From: Candidatus Heimdallarchaeota archaeon
GTDB taxonomy: Archaea > Asgardarchaeota > Heimdallarchaeia > Heimdallarchaeales > Heimdallarchaeaceae
NCBI GenBank assembly: GCA_016840095.1
Contig: JAEOSZ010000111.1
Span: forward strand, 32,001 to 96,000
Reading direction: 5' to 3'
Length of the DNA stretch: 64,000 nt
A program made the translations under genes and the position numbers. The notes below the pieces were generated by a model, which worked only from the letters and a program-made list of their open reading frames with translations, had not been told where the DNA came from and made no database searches. Below are positions 18,101 through 27,665 of this stretch, piece after piece (within the stretch, counting starts at the first letter, position 1; the number at the start of each line of letters is the position of its first letter).

Positions 18101-20014
18101 TTGAACTCCAGTACTACAGAATATAAGGGTTACAGAGGTAAGGTAATAGTTGTAGATTTGTCTACACAATCTATTACTGTTGAAACCACTGATCCACAGT
18201 TGATTGACGATTTTTTGGGAGGAAGAGGATGGGCAATTAAATATCTCTATGATAATCTTAAACCCAATATTGATCCTCTTAGTGAAGAGAATATACTTGT
18301 TATAAGCCTTGGTCCTTTAACAGGAACTTTAGCACCTTCAACAGCTCGTTATACAATAGCTGCAAAATCTCCCTTAACTGGTGGGATTGGGTATGCAAAT
18401 TCTGGAGGACACTTTGCACCAGAACTAGCTTATGCGGGTTATGATGCTATTTTCATTCACGGAAAGTCGGAAATACCAGTTTATCTTTATATTGAAAACG
18501 AAGAAATCGAAATAAGAGATGCTAATGATTTTTGGGGTAAGGATACATGGGAAACTGATGAACTTCTAAGAGAAAAACTGTCAGACGATTTCCAAGTTTT
18601 ATGCATTGGACAAGGTGGAGAAAATCTTGTAAAATATGCCTCGATTATGAATAATCTTTCAAGAGCTGCCGCTAGAACTGGAGTTGGAACAGTTATGGGT
18701 TCTAAAAAATTAAAAGCCATAGCTGTTAAAGGAACTGGAGGAGTAGAAGTAGATAATCCACAGAAATTTAACGCTTTTATTGATGAAACTTTGGAAAAAA
18801 TCTATGATGATCCTGCTTATCCAAGTCTTTCTTATTATGGAACATCATTCTTAGTTGATTTAGCATACATAAGTGGAGGTCTTGCTACTCGAAATAATCA
18901 ATCAGGGATTTTTGATCAGTATGAGAACATTTCTGCTGAAACTTTTGATGAATTATATCGTATCAAATCTGAAAGTTGTTTTGCATGTCCCATTCATTGT
19001 GGTAAATACTCCAAAGTAGAATCAGGCAAATATGCAGGAACTAAGGGTGGAAGCCCAGAATATGAAACAATAGTTTGTTTTGGTTCTAAATGTGGAATTG
19101 GTGATTTAGGAGCAATTCTCAAAGCAAATGAACTAGCAAACAGATACGGTTTAGATACTATCTCTCTAGGAGACACAATTGCCTTTGCGATGGAAGCATA
19201 TGAAAACGGAGTTATTTCATTAGATGACACCGATGGAATAGATTTGGTTTGGGGAAATGATGATGCTTTAATTGAATTAATAAGAAAAGTTGCATATAGA
19301 GAAGGTTTTGGGAATGATCTTGCTGAGGGAACAAAGAGATTTTCTGAAAAGATAAAAGGTGGATCAGAAAATTATGCACTTCATATTAAAGGAATGGAAC
19401 CTCCTGCTTATGATGTTAGAACAGCTAAAGCTTTCGGTTTAGGTTGGGCAACTGCCACGAGAGGAGCTGACCATTTAGCAGCTCTTCCAAATTTTGAGTT
19501 ATTAGGTTATGAACCTGAAAAAGGTTTAGAGTGGTTTGGATCTAAAAAAGCTGTAGATCCATTCTCTCCAGAAGGAAAACCCAGAATGGTTGTTTGGCAT
19601 GAGAATTTTGGTGCAATTGTAGATTCAGCAGAAATGTGCAAATACACTTGTTTTTCGGCTTATGCAGTAAGACCTGAAGATATGGCTATTTTTCTAACTT
19701 ATGCAACCGGAAGAGAAATTTCTACTGAAGAATTATTGCTTATAGGGGAGCGAATATACAATCTAGAACGCTTATTTAACCTAAGAGAAGGAAAAGGGAA
19801 AGATGAAGATATTCTTCCAAAGAGATTTACCAATGAACCTTTCTCAGAAGGACCAGCAAAAGGACAAATTGTAGAATTAGATGTGATGCTACCAAAATAT
19901 TATGAATTAAGAGGATGGGATTCAGAAACAGGTCTTCCCAAAGAATCCCAACTTAAAAAATTAGGGTTACTAGAATCTGCAAAGAAGTTCAAATTGCTTA
20001 AGGAGGAGAAATAA
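18101..20014 (+). CDS. aor: Aldehyde:ferredoxin oxidoreductase family (W/Mo-pterin)
   Basis: LGGRG, KSPLTG, AARTGVGTVMGSKKLKAI, CFACPIHC, PEYET, GLDTIS, RGADH. Confidence 0.95.
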   Translation: MNSSTTEYKGYRGKVIVVDLSTQSITVETTDPQLIDDFLGGRGWAIKYLYDNLKPNIDPLSEENILVISLGPLTGTLAPSTARYTIAAKSPLTGGIGYANSGGHFAPELAYAGYDAIFIHGKSEIPVYLYIENEEIEIRDANDFWGKDTWETDELLREKLSDDFQVLCIGQGGENLVKYASIMNNLSRAAARTGVGTVMGSKKLKAIAVKGTGGVEVDNPQKFNAFIDETLEKIYDDPAYPSLSYYGTSFLVDLAYISGGLATRNNQSGIFDQYENISAETFDELYRIKSESCFACPIHCGKYSKVESGKYAGTKGGSPEYETIVCFGSKCGIGDLGAILKANELANRYGLDTISLGDTIAFAMEAYENGVISLDDTDGIDLVWGNDDALIELIRKVAYREGFGNDLAEGTKRFSEKIKGGSENYALHIKGMEPPAYDVRTAKAFGLGWATATRGADHLAALPNFELLGYEPEKGLEWFGSKKAVDPFSPEGKPRMVVWHENFGAIVDSAEMCKYTCFSAYAVRPEDMAIFLTYATGREISTEELLLIGERIYNLERLFNLREGKGKDEDILPKRFTNEPFSEGPAKGQIVELDVMLPKYYELRGWDSETGLPKESQLKKLGLLESAKKFKLLKEEK

Positions 20015-20015
20015 G

Positions 20016-20492
20016 ATGAATTCAGAAATAAAAAGAAGGATTTTCGTCCAAAAAGAGAAATGTAATGGATGTCGAATTTGTGAATTACGTTGTTCTTTTG
20101 AACATGAAACAATCTATTCTCCGCATTTATCCAGAATTCATGTAATTAAGGATGAAGTTGAAGGAATTACCATTCCTAAAACATGTGTTATCTGTGGTAA
20201 ATGTATAGATGCATGTCCAGAGAAGGCAATTTCTAAATCATTATCAACTGGAGCAATAGAAATTGATGAAGAATTGTGTACTGGTTGCAAAGTTTGCGTA
20301 GATGCATGTCCATTTGAAGTCATGAGATTTAATTCAGAAAAAAATCTTGCATATACATGCGATTTATGTAATGGTTCTCCACAATGTGTAAAATATTGTC
20401 CAGAAGAAGCTTTACATTTCATGTCTGCAAAAGAATTTGCTGAATATAAGAAAAAGGATCAAGAAGAAAAAAAACCAGATGTTATACCTTGA
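20016..20492 (+). CDS. 4Fe-4S polyferredoxin partner subunit of AOR
   Basis: Four Cys clusters (CNGCRICELRC, CVICGKCIDACP, CTGCKVCVDACP, CDLC...CVKYCP). Confidence 0.92.
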   Translation: MNSEIKRRIFVQKEKCNGCRICELRCSFEHETIYSPHLSRIHVIKDEVEGITIPKTCVICGKCIDACPEKAISKSLSTGAIEIDEELCTGCKVCVDACPFEVMRFNSEKNLAYTCDLCNGSPQCVKYCPEEALHFMSAKEFAEYKKKDQEEKKPDVIP

Positions 20493-20506
20493 ACATGTGT
20501 TTAAAA

Positions 20507-22318
20507 TTATTTCTTTTTGCTTTTGGTGCTGTCCGTTTTTAGAGCTTCTTCTACATCACCAAAAAATTCTTTGTCATGAATATAGAGATCAACTTGTTTA
20601 GTTATATCTTTTGCAAGTTTTACCCTGAGATAAATGTAAATTGTTTCCAAAAAGTTCGTAATCTTAGGAGTTAAGGGCTTAAGTTTTATGTAACTATAGA
20701 CAAGAACGCCGATAATTGAAACCCAAACTGGAACAAGATATCCTGCATAAAGCCTTATCCAATTATCAAACTTCTGCGGATTTGAAGCTCTCTCAAATTC
20801 TTCTATATTTGTAAATCCATCTTTATCGGGATCATCAAAAGTACTGTTCTGAAGTGGATCCAGGAAGTATTCTACTTCCCAGCTATCTGGAAGAGAATCA
20901 TTATCTGTGTCAACAGATAGTCTATCTGTATGATATAGATGAGTCTCTGCATAGTCGTTCAAAAAATCACCATCACTGTCAGGATTTCCATGTCTGTAAA
21001 AACTCCCTCCATATGTCCACCAAGAACTAGTAGAATTTGAAGATTCTAATAGTTCAAAACAATAAACATCTTTCTTTGTAGGTCTCGAGATTATCACTTC
21101 TAGTTTTCCGTCAGTATCAATATCTGCTACTAGAGGTGCTTGAGGTGAAATACCTTCAATATCTCTCAATATAATTCTATCTCCTAGGTGGTCTAAACCT
21201 ATGAAAAAGCTATCTCCTTCGCTAAAAAGAACTTCTAGTTTTTTATCATTATCAATATCTATTGCACAAGGATTACCAACACTAGTTGTAGAATTGACTA
21301 TCCATTGAAGGTGTCCAGTTTCATTTAAACAAAAAACGTTTCCCTCGCCTGTAATGGGATTGTATGCACTAGAAACAACTTCTAAACTCCCGTCATTATC
21401 TAAGTCTGCAATACAAGGATCAAAGTTCATTAAATTACTTCTATTAAGAACGAAATCTTGAGAATAACTCCATTCTATTTCGCCCATATGATCAAAGCAA
21501 TACAAATGATAAGTACTTCCAACAATTATCTCGGTTGTATTGTCTCCATCTAGATCAGCAACCCCTATAGAGGAATCACCCCTAACAATACCAGTTACCC
21601 ATTTTTCTTCTCCTGAAATAGTTAGTGAGTGAAGTTTGTAATCGTTTCCAATAATTAAGATATCCAACATCCCGTTATTGTCAATATCTGCAATAGTGGG
21701 CGATGACCCAAAATGTAGTGTCCAATATCCAGAATATTCCATAGTTAAATTAAAATTATATGCAAATTTTCCTTTTCTAGTTAAAACAAAGGGTTGACTA
21801 ATTGTGTCTGCAGTTGACACAATTATGTCTAAATGTTTATCACCATCAATATCAAAAATACAAGGTGTAAATTCTTTGAATTCAGATTCTGTTTTGTATT
21901 CCCAGAGAATAGATCCTGAGTGATCAATACAAATTAAGGATGATTCTGCTGTTAATAGTATGTCAACTTTACCATCTTCATTCAAGTCTCCAAAGTTTAT
22001 TCTACCTGCAAGAGATGTGTCTAACTCTAGAGACCAAAGTATCGTTCCTAAATTATCCAAACAGAAGATGTAATTTTCAGTCATAACTATTACTTCCACT
22101 ATTCCATCTCTATTCAGATCAACAAGAGAAGGAGATCCTTTGATATCTCTCCCAAAAGTAGTTGACCACGAAGGTCCCAAGTAGTTTTCTCCTATAACGT
22201 CAGTACCCTCTACTCTATTTGGTGAATTGAACATTAATAGAGAGAAAAAAAGTACAAATAATAGAATGAATCTAGTTTTAATAGATTGTGGGCTAAATTT
22301 GTACTTTCGATTGAACAC
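20507..22318 (-). CDS. Cell-surface FG-GAP-like propeller protein with short TSP3-like stalk (paralog of 13947-17435)
   Basis: Signal peptide; DLNRDG/DIDGD/DLDNDG blades; DSDGDFLND, DTDNDSLPDSWE; one TM. Confidence 0.82.
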   Translation of the reverse strand: MFNRKYKFSPQSIKTRFILLFVLFFSLLMFNSPNRVEGTDVIGENYLGPSWSTTFGRDIKGSPSLVDLNRDGIVEVIVMTENYIFCLDNLGTILWSLELDTSLAGRINFGDLNEDGKVDILLTAESSLICIDHSGSILWEYKTESEFKEFTPCIFDIDGDKHLDIIVSTADTISQPFVLTRKGKFAYNFNLTMEYSGYWTLHFGSSPTIADIDNNGMLDILIIGNDYKLHSLTISGEEKWVTGIVRGDSSIGVADLDGDNTTEIIVGSTYHLYCFDHMGEIEWSYSQDFVLNRSNLMNFDPCIADLDNDGSLEVVSSAYNPITGEGNVFCLNETGHLQWIVNSTTSVGNPCAIDIDNDKKLEVLFSEGDSFFIGLDHLGDRIILRDIEGISPQAPLVADIDTDGKLEVIISRPTKKDVYCFELLESSNSTSSWWTYGGSFYRHGNPDSDGDFLNDYAETHLYHTDRLSVDTDNDSLPDSWEVEYFLDPLQNSTFDDPDKDGFTNIEEFERASNPQKFDNWIRLYAGYLVPVWVSIIGVLVYSYIKLKPLTPKITNFLETIYIYLRVKLAKDITKQVDLYIHDKEFFGDVEEALKTDSTKSKKK

Positions 22319-22369
22319 AGCATAATATTGTTTCAGACAGTTAAAAACTTACTCAAAATAACATTAAAA

Positions 22370-22651
22370 TCAGTTTCCTCCAGCAATTGCGGGCATAAGC
22401 GCTACCATGTCACCATCATTCAACTTGGTTTGAAATCCATCTAGAATGTTAATATTTCTCCCATTTACTATAATGCGATAATGCTTCTTCAAATTGCCAT
22501 TACTATCAAGAATCTCTTCCTTGAGAACCTCTCCATATTTTTCAAAAAAACTTTCTAGTAGTTCTTCTATTGAATTTGTTTCAAAATAGAACTTCTTTTT
22601 TCCTATTATTTCTTTTATTTTCGTGAAAGTTATAATTTCAACATTAGCCAT
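22370..22651 (-). CDS. MoaD/SAMP ubiquitin-like sulfur carrier
   Basis: IIVNGRNI..LDG..TKLNDGD.VALMPAIAGG then N and stop. Confidence 0.9.
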   Translation of the reverse strand: MANVEIITFTKIKEIIGKKKFYFETNSIEELLESFFEKYGEVLKEEILDSNGNLKKHYRIIVNGRNINILDGFQTKLNDGDMVALMPAIAGGN

Positions 22652-22691
22652 GAATCAAACCACTTCAATCTATTCGTTGAGAAAATTGTTC

Positions 22692-22955
22692 TCAAGATTG
22701 AGATTGTTCTTCTAGTAAAAATAGCTTTCTTAATTCTTGCATAGCTTCGTGATGGTGTAAATGTTCAAGCTTTCTTGCTGCTTCAAAGTGCTCTCCACAA
22801 AACCATTCCATAAAAGGAGGATGTTCTACAATGCTTTTCTTCTTAACCCTCTTCTCCCATTTTTTATCCTGTTTTGTTTTTTTGAAGCTGACAGTTCCTC
22901 CCTCTTCTCTGTGATCAAATTTGTTCATGCACAGCTCACAAATTGGCGGTTTCAT
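22692..22955 (-). CDS. Small putative zinc-binding protein (paralog 2)
   Basis: MKPPICELC...HPPFMEWFCGEH. Confidence 0.75.
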   Translation of the reverse strand: MKPPICELCMNKFDHREEGGTVSFKKTKQDKKWEKRVKKKSIVEHPPFMEWFCGEHFEAARKLEHLHHHEAMQELRKLFLLEEQSQS

Positions 22956-23210
22956 CTATAACAAATCCTTAGAGAATTTTTCTTTTAATATCTCCATTGC
23001 TTCAGACATTGTTAGTTTAGATAATTCCTTAGCTGCCTCATAATGTTTTTCACAAAACCAATCTGCGTAAGGTGGATGGCCAGTCAACCCCTCAACTTTC
23101 ATTGCTTTAATCCACCTTTCATCACTTTTACTCTTCTCAAAATAAACCAACCCTCCTTCATCAGAATCAGTAAATTCTTTGTAACAAATAACACAAATTG
23201 GCGGTTTCAT
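22956..23210 (-). CDS. Small putative zinc-binding protein (paralog 1)
   Basis: MKPPICVIC...HPPYADWFCEKH; first 19 nt identical to paralog 2. Confidence 0.75.
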   Translation of the reverse strand: MKPPICVICYKEFTDSDEGGLVYFEKSKSDERWIKAMKVEGLTGHPPYADWFCEKHYEAAKELSKLTMSEAMEILKEKFSKDLL

Positions 23211-23216
23211 GATGAG

Positions 23217-24634
23217 TTTTTGTCATGTAGTCATATAAACTTTACATTGTTGAGCTAATTTCATAGTCGATGTGGGTATCATTCCTGGTGGGTCCACACA
23301 CACCCTACGTGGGTACATCACATACCCTCCTACCCCATCAGCACTTCTGGTGGGAAGTGCATTAGGATCGCTTTTAATTAGAATATTGTACGCAGCATTA
23401 ACATCAGCATTGATCTTGTAACCTAGAGCAGAAGTGAATATCCCTCGAGGATGACGTTTTCCAGTATATGTAGCACGTTTCTGAGGGAATTCATTATCCA
23501 GAAAACTGCATTTGGAAGTGTAGTCTTCCAGCACAGTATCTACAAGTATTCCTCGTTCTTCCGCTTTGTACTTCAATTGGTGGATAATCTTCAGGAAGGG
23601 GATGTTAACGAACAGCTGGGTGGTCTTCTTTCCTAAATTAACCTGCTGTTTCCACTTAGAATTATACCCTACAATCACTTCTTGAAGCTCTCGTTCAACA
23701 AATAACTCGACAAGATAGCTCGTTAGATGGTGGAGAGCATTCTTGAGCATCATCCTATATTTTTCTCGTAAATGGTAATAAGCTTGTCCATAAACTAGTT
23801 TTTGCTGGTTTTTTAATTGTTTCTTCTGCTGCTGTACGTACCGTGCTCGTAATTCTTTCTGCCTTTTCTGATAATATTGTATAATACTTTTGATTCCTTT
23901 TCCGTGGTCCTTGACAACAATCGGTTGAAATCCGAGGTTATCCACGAAGGTCACGAGGTTGTTAGTCCCTAAATCGATTGCTCCCTTCCTAGTTCTCTTT
24001 TGTATCTTTTTTGGTAGGATTTTCTCATACACCACTTCTAGAGTATACCCCACTGTTCTAGGAACTACTCTCACTTCTTTCAATCTACACCTAGCTGTTA
24101 AGCGTGTTTTATAGTAAAATCCTACTTTCTTAGGTAAGATTAACCATCCATTTCTTAATCTAGTCTGTTGGTTGGTTACAATCGCCACTCCTTCTCCATC
24201 CTTAGATTTGTATCTTGGAGTTTTTGGTATAGCTAGGAACTTCTCAGGATGGTTTTTCCACTCTTTCAATGCATGAAAATACGCTTTCCAATTTCTCACT
24301 AGCAGTTTAAGGGTGTGTTGTGCTGTGTGAGCTGGGAGAACTGAGTAAAATTCTTCTGATTTGAGTAACTTGTTGAGTTCGTAGTAATTTAGAAAATTAT
24401 TGCTTTTGGTGAGAGCTTGTTTTATCAGATAATTTGCTCGATTATAGAGATTCTTCACTTGATGACACAGTCTACTTAAAACTAGTTTATAGGATAGTTC
24501 TATGCTTTCTATTCTCCATACTACTGTCATCATTTTTTTTACTTTATTTTTCTATAAAAGCTCCCGTAATATTTAATCTTCACCCTTCATTTAAGTTGAT
24601 TTATTATCACTTTAACATGACTATATGACAAAAA
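23217..24634 (-). mobile_element. Non-autonomous TnpB-only IS element (IS200/IS605/IS607 superfamily) with terminal inverted repeats
   Basis: tnpB with no tnpA; tttttgtcatgtagtcat (23217-23234) matches the reverse complement of 24617-24634 (tttttgtcatatagtcat) at 17/18. Confidence 0.75.
23223..24533 (-). CDS. tnpB: RNA-guided endonuclease TnpB
   Basis: KNLYNRANY; RuvC-I GAIDLG; EDYTSKCSFLD; RuvC-III NADVNAAYNI. Confidence 0.93.
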   Translation of the reverse strand: MMTVVWRIESIELSYKLVLSRLCHQVKNLYNRANYLIKQALTKSNNFLNYYELNKLLKSEEFYSVLPAHTAQHTLKLLVRNWKAYFHALKEWKNHPEKFLAIPKTPRYKSKDGEGVAIVTNQQTRLRNGWLILPKKVGFYYKTRLTARCRLKEVRVVPRTVGYTLEVVYEKILPKKIQKRTRKGAIDLGTNNLVTFVDNLGFQPIVVKDHGKGIKSIIQYYQKRQKELRARYVQQQKKQLKNQQKLVYGQAYYHLREKYRMMLKNALHHLTSYLVELFVERELQEVIVGYNSKWKQQVNLGKKTTQLFVNIPFLKIIHQLKYKAEERGILVDTVLEDYTSKCSFLDNEFPQKRATYTGKRHPRGIFTSALGYKINADVNAAYNILIKSDPNALPTRSADGVGGYVMYPRRVCVDPPGMIPTSTMKLAQQCKVYMTT

Positions 24635-24692
24635 TTGTTCATAAAATCTACTTAAGAGAATAATATAAAAATTTTAGGGGAAAGCGAATAGA

Positions 24693-25577
24693 CTATTCTA
24701 ATCTCATAGTTCTTCTAATAGATGTCATTGTTTCAGTTGCCATCAATCTGTTGTTTGAATCCTCATCATTACGTGCAATTTCTCCAAGAATATCTAGAGC
24801 ATTAGGATCTTTGAGCGCTCCAATATTGCTTATTGCTTCAAATCTTACTCTAGAGTGTTCATCATCAAGTGCTCTTAAATTAACATCAAGTATACGTGAA
24901 TCTTCTATCTCTCCAATATCTATTAATTTCCTGATTTCTTGGAGAACTTGTAATCTAATTCCCCAATCATGGTCATCGTAAGCTTTTACTAAATGGGGTA
25001 CTGGATTCCCTTCTACACGATATGTTAGGAATTCAACCGCTACTTCTTTTACTAGCTTATTGGAATCTAAAATGAAGTTTGCAACCAGAGAAGCTGGAAC
25101 TTTGATAGGAAATCTCAGAATAGTTGATTTTGCTTCGTCTCTGACAGATTCAGTGTCATCTCTTAATCTTTCAAATAATGGTTCAATCATTGCAATGTCA
25201 TCAAAGTTCTTCAATGCTTTAGCAGCAGAATATCTAACTTGTGGATGCACATCTACCAAAGAATGTATGATGAATGAAAACGTATCTGGATTTTTATGTT
25301 TTCCAAATGAATCAATAGTTGCTTTTCTAACTCCCCAATGATCATCTTCAAGAGCTTGACTTAAAGCAATCAACACTTGGCTATCTGCAATGTCTCCTAG
25401 AATTTCTGCAGCATAGATTCTTACATCTGGGTCTGAATCTTTTAAGGATTGGATTATTTTTTGTTTTGCTAAATCTTCATTTCCAAATGGGGCTAATTGT
25501 TCTAGAGCAAGTTGTCTAAGGGCTGGATTGGGATTTTCAAGTAATTTAATAATTTTCATTATCTCTTCATTTGACAT
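24693..25577 (-). CDS. HEAT-repeat protein
   Basis: Repeated D..VR..AA..LG motifs. Confidence 0.88.
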   Translation of the reverse strand: MSNEEIMKIIKLLENPNPALRQLALEQLAPFGNEDLAKQKIIQSLKDSDPDVRIYAAEILGDIADSQVLIALSQALEDDHWGVRKATIDSFGKHKNPDTFSFIIHSLVDVHPQVRYSAAKALKNFDDIAMIEPLFERLRDDTESVRDEAKSTILRFPIKVPASLVANFILDSNKLVKEVAVEFLTYRVEGNPVPHLVKAYDDHDWGIRLQVLQEIRKLIDIGEIEDSRILDVNLRALDDEHSRVRFEAISNIGALKDPNALDILGEIARNDEDSNNRLMATETMTSIRRTMRLE

Positions 25578-25723
25578 CCTAACACTTCAAGTAAACATGT
25601 TATTTGAAAACAAAAAACTTTGGTTCTAGGCTTATGATTTCTTAGCATGAGTCAATTTACAAACTCTTAAATAAAATCAATAGTACAATAGTATCGTTCA
25701 CAGCAACCATTGCTTCAGAAGGA

Positions 25724-27115
25724 TTGGGTACTTTGCTTACACTGAGACAAAAAATTTACTACTCCATTTGTAGAACTGGATCAACAATACTTCTGAATGT
25801 AGTTTTTGTTGCAACTTTCTGGATGTATACAAACCAAGTAAATCTAGATCCTATGTTAAATGGAATTGGAAATGCTGTAGGAAAAGTCGTTATAGGGGTT
25901 TCTTCTGTAATATTTGGTTTATTATCAGATAAAATACCTTCATCAGCAAAAATTGGAAGAAGAAAGTTCTTCATTTGGACTGGAGCTCCTGTTTTAGCTT
26001 TCTCATTCGTTATGCTTTTTATTCCCCAATTCATCATTCCTTCAGGCGGTCAGACTGCAAAATTTGCTTGGTTATTAATTTGGAATTCTATGTTTCATTT
26101 ATTTTATGGATATCTGCTAATTCCCTATCAATCGTGGATGCCTGAAATTACCTCTGATGATGAGAGAGTTCAAGTATCAGGATTGATGAATACTGTTAAT
26201 CTAGTTGGGGCAGCTATTGGTTCAGGTTTCGTTTTACTGATGTCTGGCTTTATAAACAAAGATCCACAAGGAATTTACGGAGTATCTGGCAAATATTTGT
26301 TTATTTTCGCCCTTGCTTTTGGTATTGTAGAATTCCTGTTCTTCTTACCCGCACTACTGAAAATTAAAGAAAGAGATGTTCCTGAGAAAGAAAATAAAGC
26401 TTGGGAGGAAATCAAAGTTGCACTACGAAACAAGAATTACATGATTTATGTAGGAGGATTTACAATCCTAAATGTAGGAGTTACGATTCTTTCAGCATTA
26501 ATTCTTGATTTTCTTGAACAAGTACTAGGTGTTATTGATGCACTACAGAAAGGGATATTCTCTGGTGTTATGCTTGTTACTGTCGTAGCTAGTTTCTTCT
26601 TCTGGGGAAGTTTCTCTAAAAAATTTGGTAAAAAATGGTCTTTAATAGTATCTTTCAGTCTTTTATTAGTCTGGATGCCATTGACTCCAATTATTGGTCG
26701 AATTCCTCTCATACCGAAAATTGTCCAAGGTTATGTGTTTAGTATTCTTGCAGTTTTTGCAGTTTCTGCTGTATATCTTTTTCCATATGCAATTATGGCT
26801 GATTTTGCTGATGAGGATGAGAGAAGAACTTCACAGAATCGTTCTGGTCTTTATACAGGATTCAAAAGCTTACCTTTCAATATTGCACAAGCTTTAGGGT
26901 TTATTTTAGCTGGTTTTATGCGTGATTGGGAAAAAGTAGTTGGAAGCGAAACAGTAAACCTTGGTCTTATGTGGCTTGGACCAATCTGTACAATTTTCTT
27001 GATAATTGCTTTTCCGATTATATGGAAGGCGGATCTTGATCCATTTATGCAAGATGCTAAAGTTAAGAATACTTCAATATTCAAACAAATATTTTCAAGA
27101 AAAAATCGAACTTAG
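25724..27115 (+). CDS. MFS transporter, GPH (sugar:cation symporter) family
   Basis: GLLSDK...GRRK, IPYQSWMPEIT..ER, ADFADEDE..T...RSGLY. Confidence 0.88.
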   Translation: MGTLLTLRQKIYYSICRTGSTILLNVVFVATFWMYTNQVNLDPMLNGIGNAVGKVVIGVSSVIFGLLSDKIPSSAKIGRRKFFIWTGAPVLAFSFVMLFIPQFIIPSGGQTAKFAWLLIWNSMFHLFYGYLLIPYQSWMPEITSDDERVQVSGLMNTVNLVGAAIGSGFVLLMSGFINKDPQGIYGVSGKYLFIFALAFGIVEFLFFLPALLKIKERDVPEKENKAWEEIKVALRNKNYMIYVGGFTILNVGVTILSALILDFLEQVLGVIDALQKGIFSGVMLVTVVASFFFWGSFSKKFGKKWSLIVSFSLLLVWMPLTPIIGRIPLIPKIVQGYVFSILAVFAVSAVYLFPYAIMADFADEDERRTSQNRSGLYTGFKSLPFNIAQALGFILAGFMRDWEKVVGSETVNLGLMWLGPICTIFLIIAFPIIWKADLDPFMQDAKVKNTSIFKQIFSRKNRT

Positions 27116-27150
27116 ATTATTTTTATTTACTTCTCTCTTGTTGTTTATAC

Positions 27151-27546
27151 ATGAAAAAAATTCTCTTCATTTGTGTTCATAATTCGTGCAGAAGTCAGAT
27201 TGCTGAAGGCTTTGGAAAAGAACTCGGAAAGGGCATTATAGAAGTTCGTTCTGGAGGAACAGAAAAAGGGCATCAAGTCGACCCTCTAGCCATTGAGGTT
27301 ATGAAAGAGAGAGGAATAGACTTATCTGAACAAGAATCTAAAGAAGTTGATTTTTGGGATTGGGCAGATAGATTAATTGTGATGGGATGTGATGCCGAGG
27401 AATCATGTCCGGCTCTTTATGTTCCAAAACTAGAGAATTGGGACCTTGATAATCCAAAAGGAAAACCAATAGATGAATACAGAAGAGTTAGAGATTTAAT
27501 AGAAGAAAAAGTTAGAGCGTTAATAAAAGAAGAAAGAAAAGGTTAG
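27151..27546 (+). CDS. arsC: Arsenate reductase (LMW-PTPase family)
   Basis: ILFICVHNSCRSQIAEG; MGC...CP; W.L.NPKG. Confidence 0.88.
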   Translation: MKKILFICVHNSCRSQIAEGFGKELGKGIIEVRSGGTEKGHQVDPLAIEVMKERGIDLSEQESKEVDFWDWADRLIVMGCDAEESCPALYVPKLENWDLDNPKGKPIDEYRRVRDLIEEKVRALIKEERKG

Positions 27547-27665
27547 TAGTTAAATACACCATTTTTTGCAGCTAAAGTTAGTTGATTTACTCTTGTATAA
27601 TCGTTTTCTAACCTTTGAACTAATTTTTGATTTTTTGTTTTGCCAGTTTTGTTTTTCATTGCCAT
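27543..27665 (-). CDS. Small 40-aa basic protein (not in ORF track)
   Basis: MAMKNKTGKTKNQKLVQRLENDYTRVNQLTLAAKNGVFNY; AGGTG RBS-like motif and TTTAATA TATA-like box upstream. Confidence 0.55.
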   Translation of the reverse strand: MAMKNKTGKTKNQKLVQRLENDYTRVNQLTLAAKNGVFNY

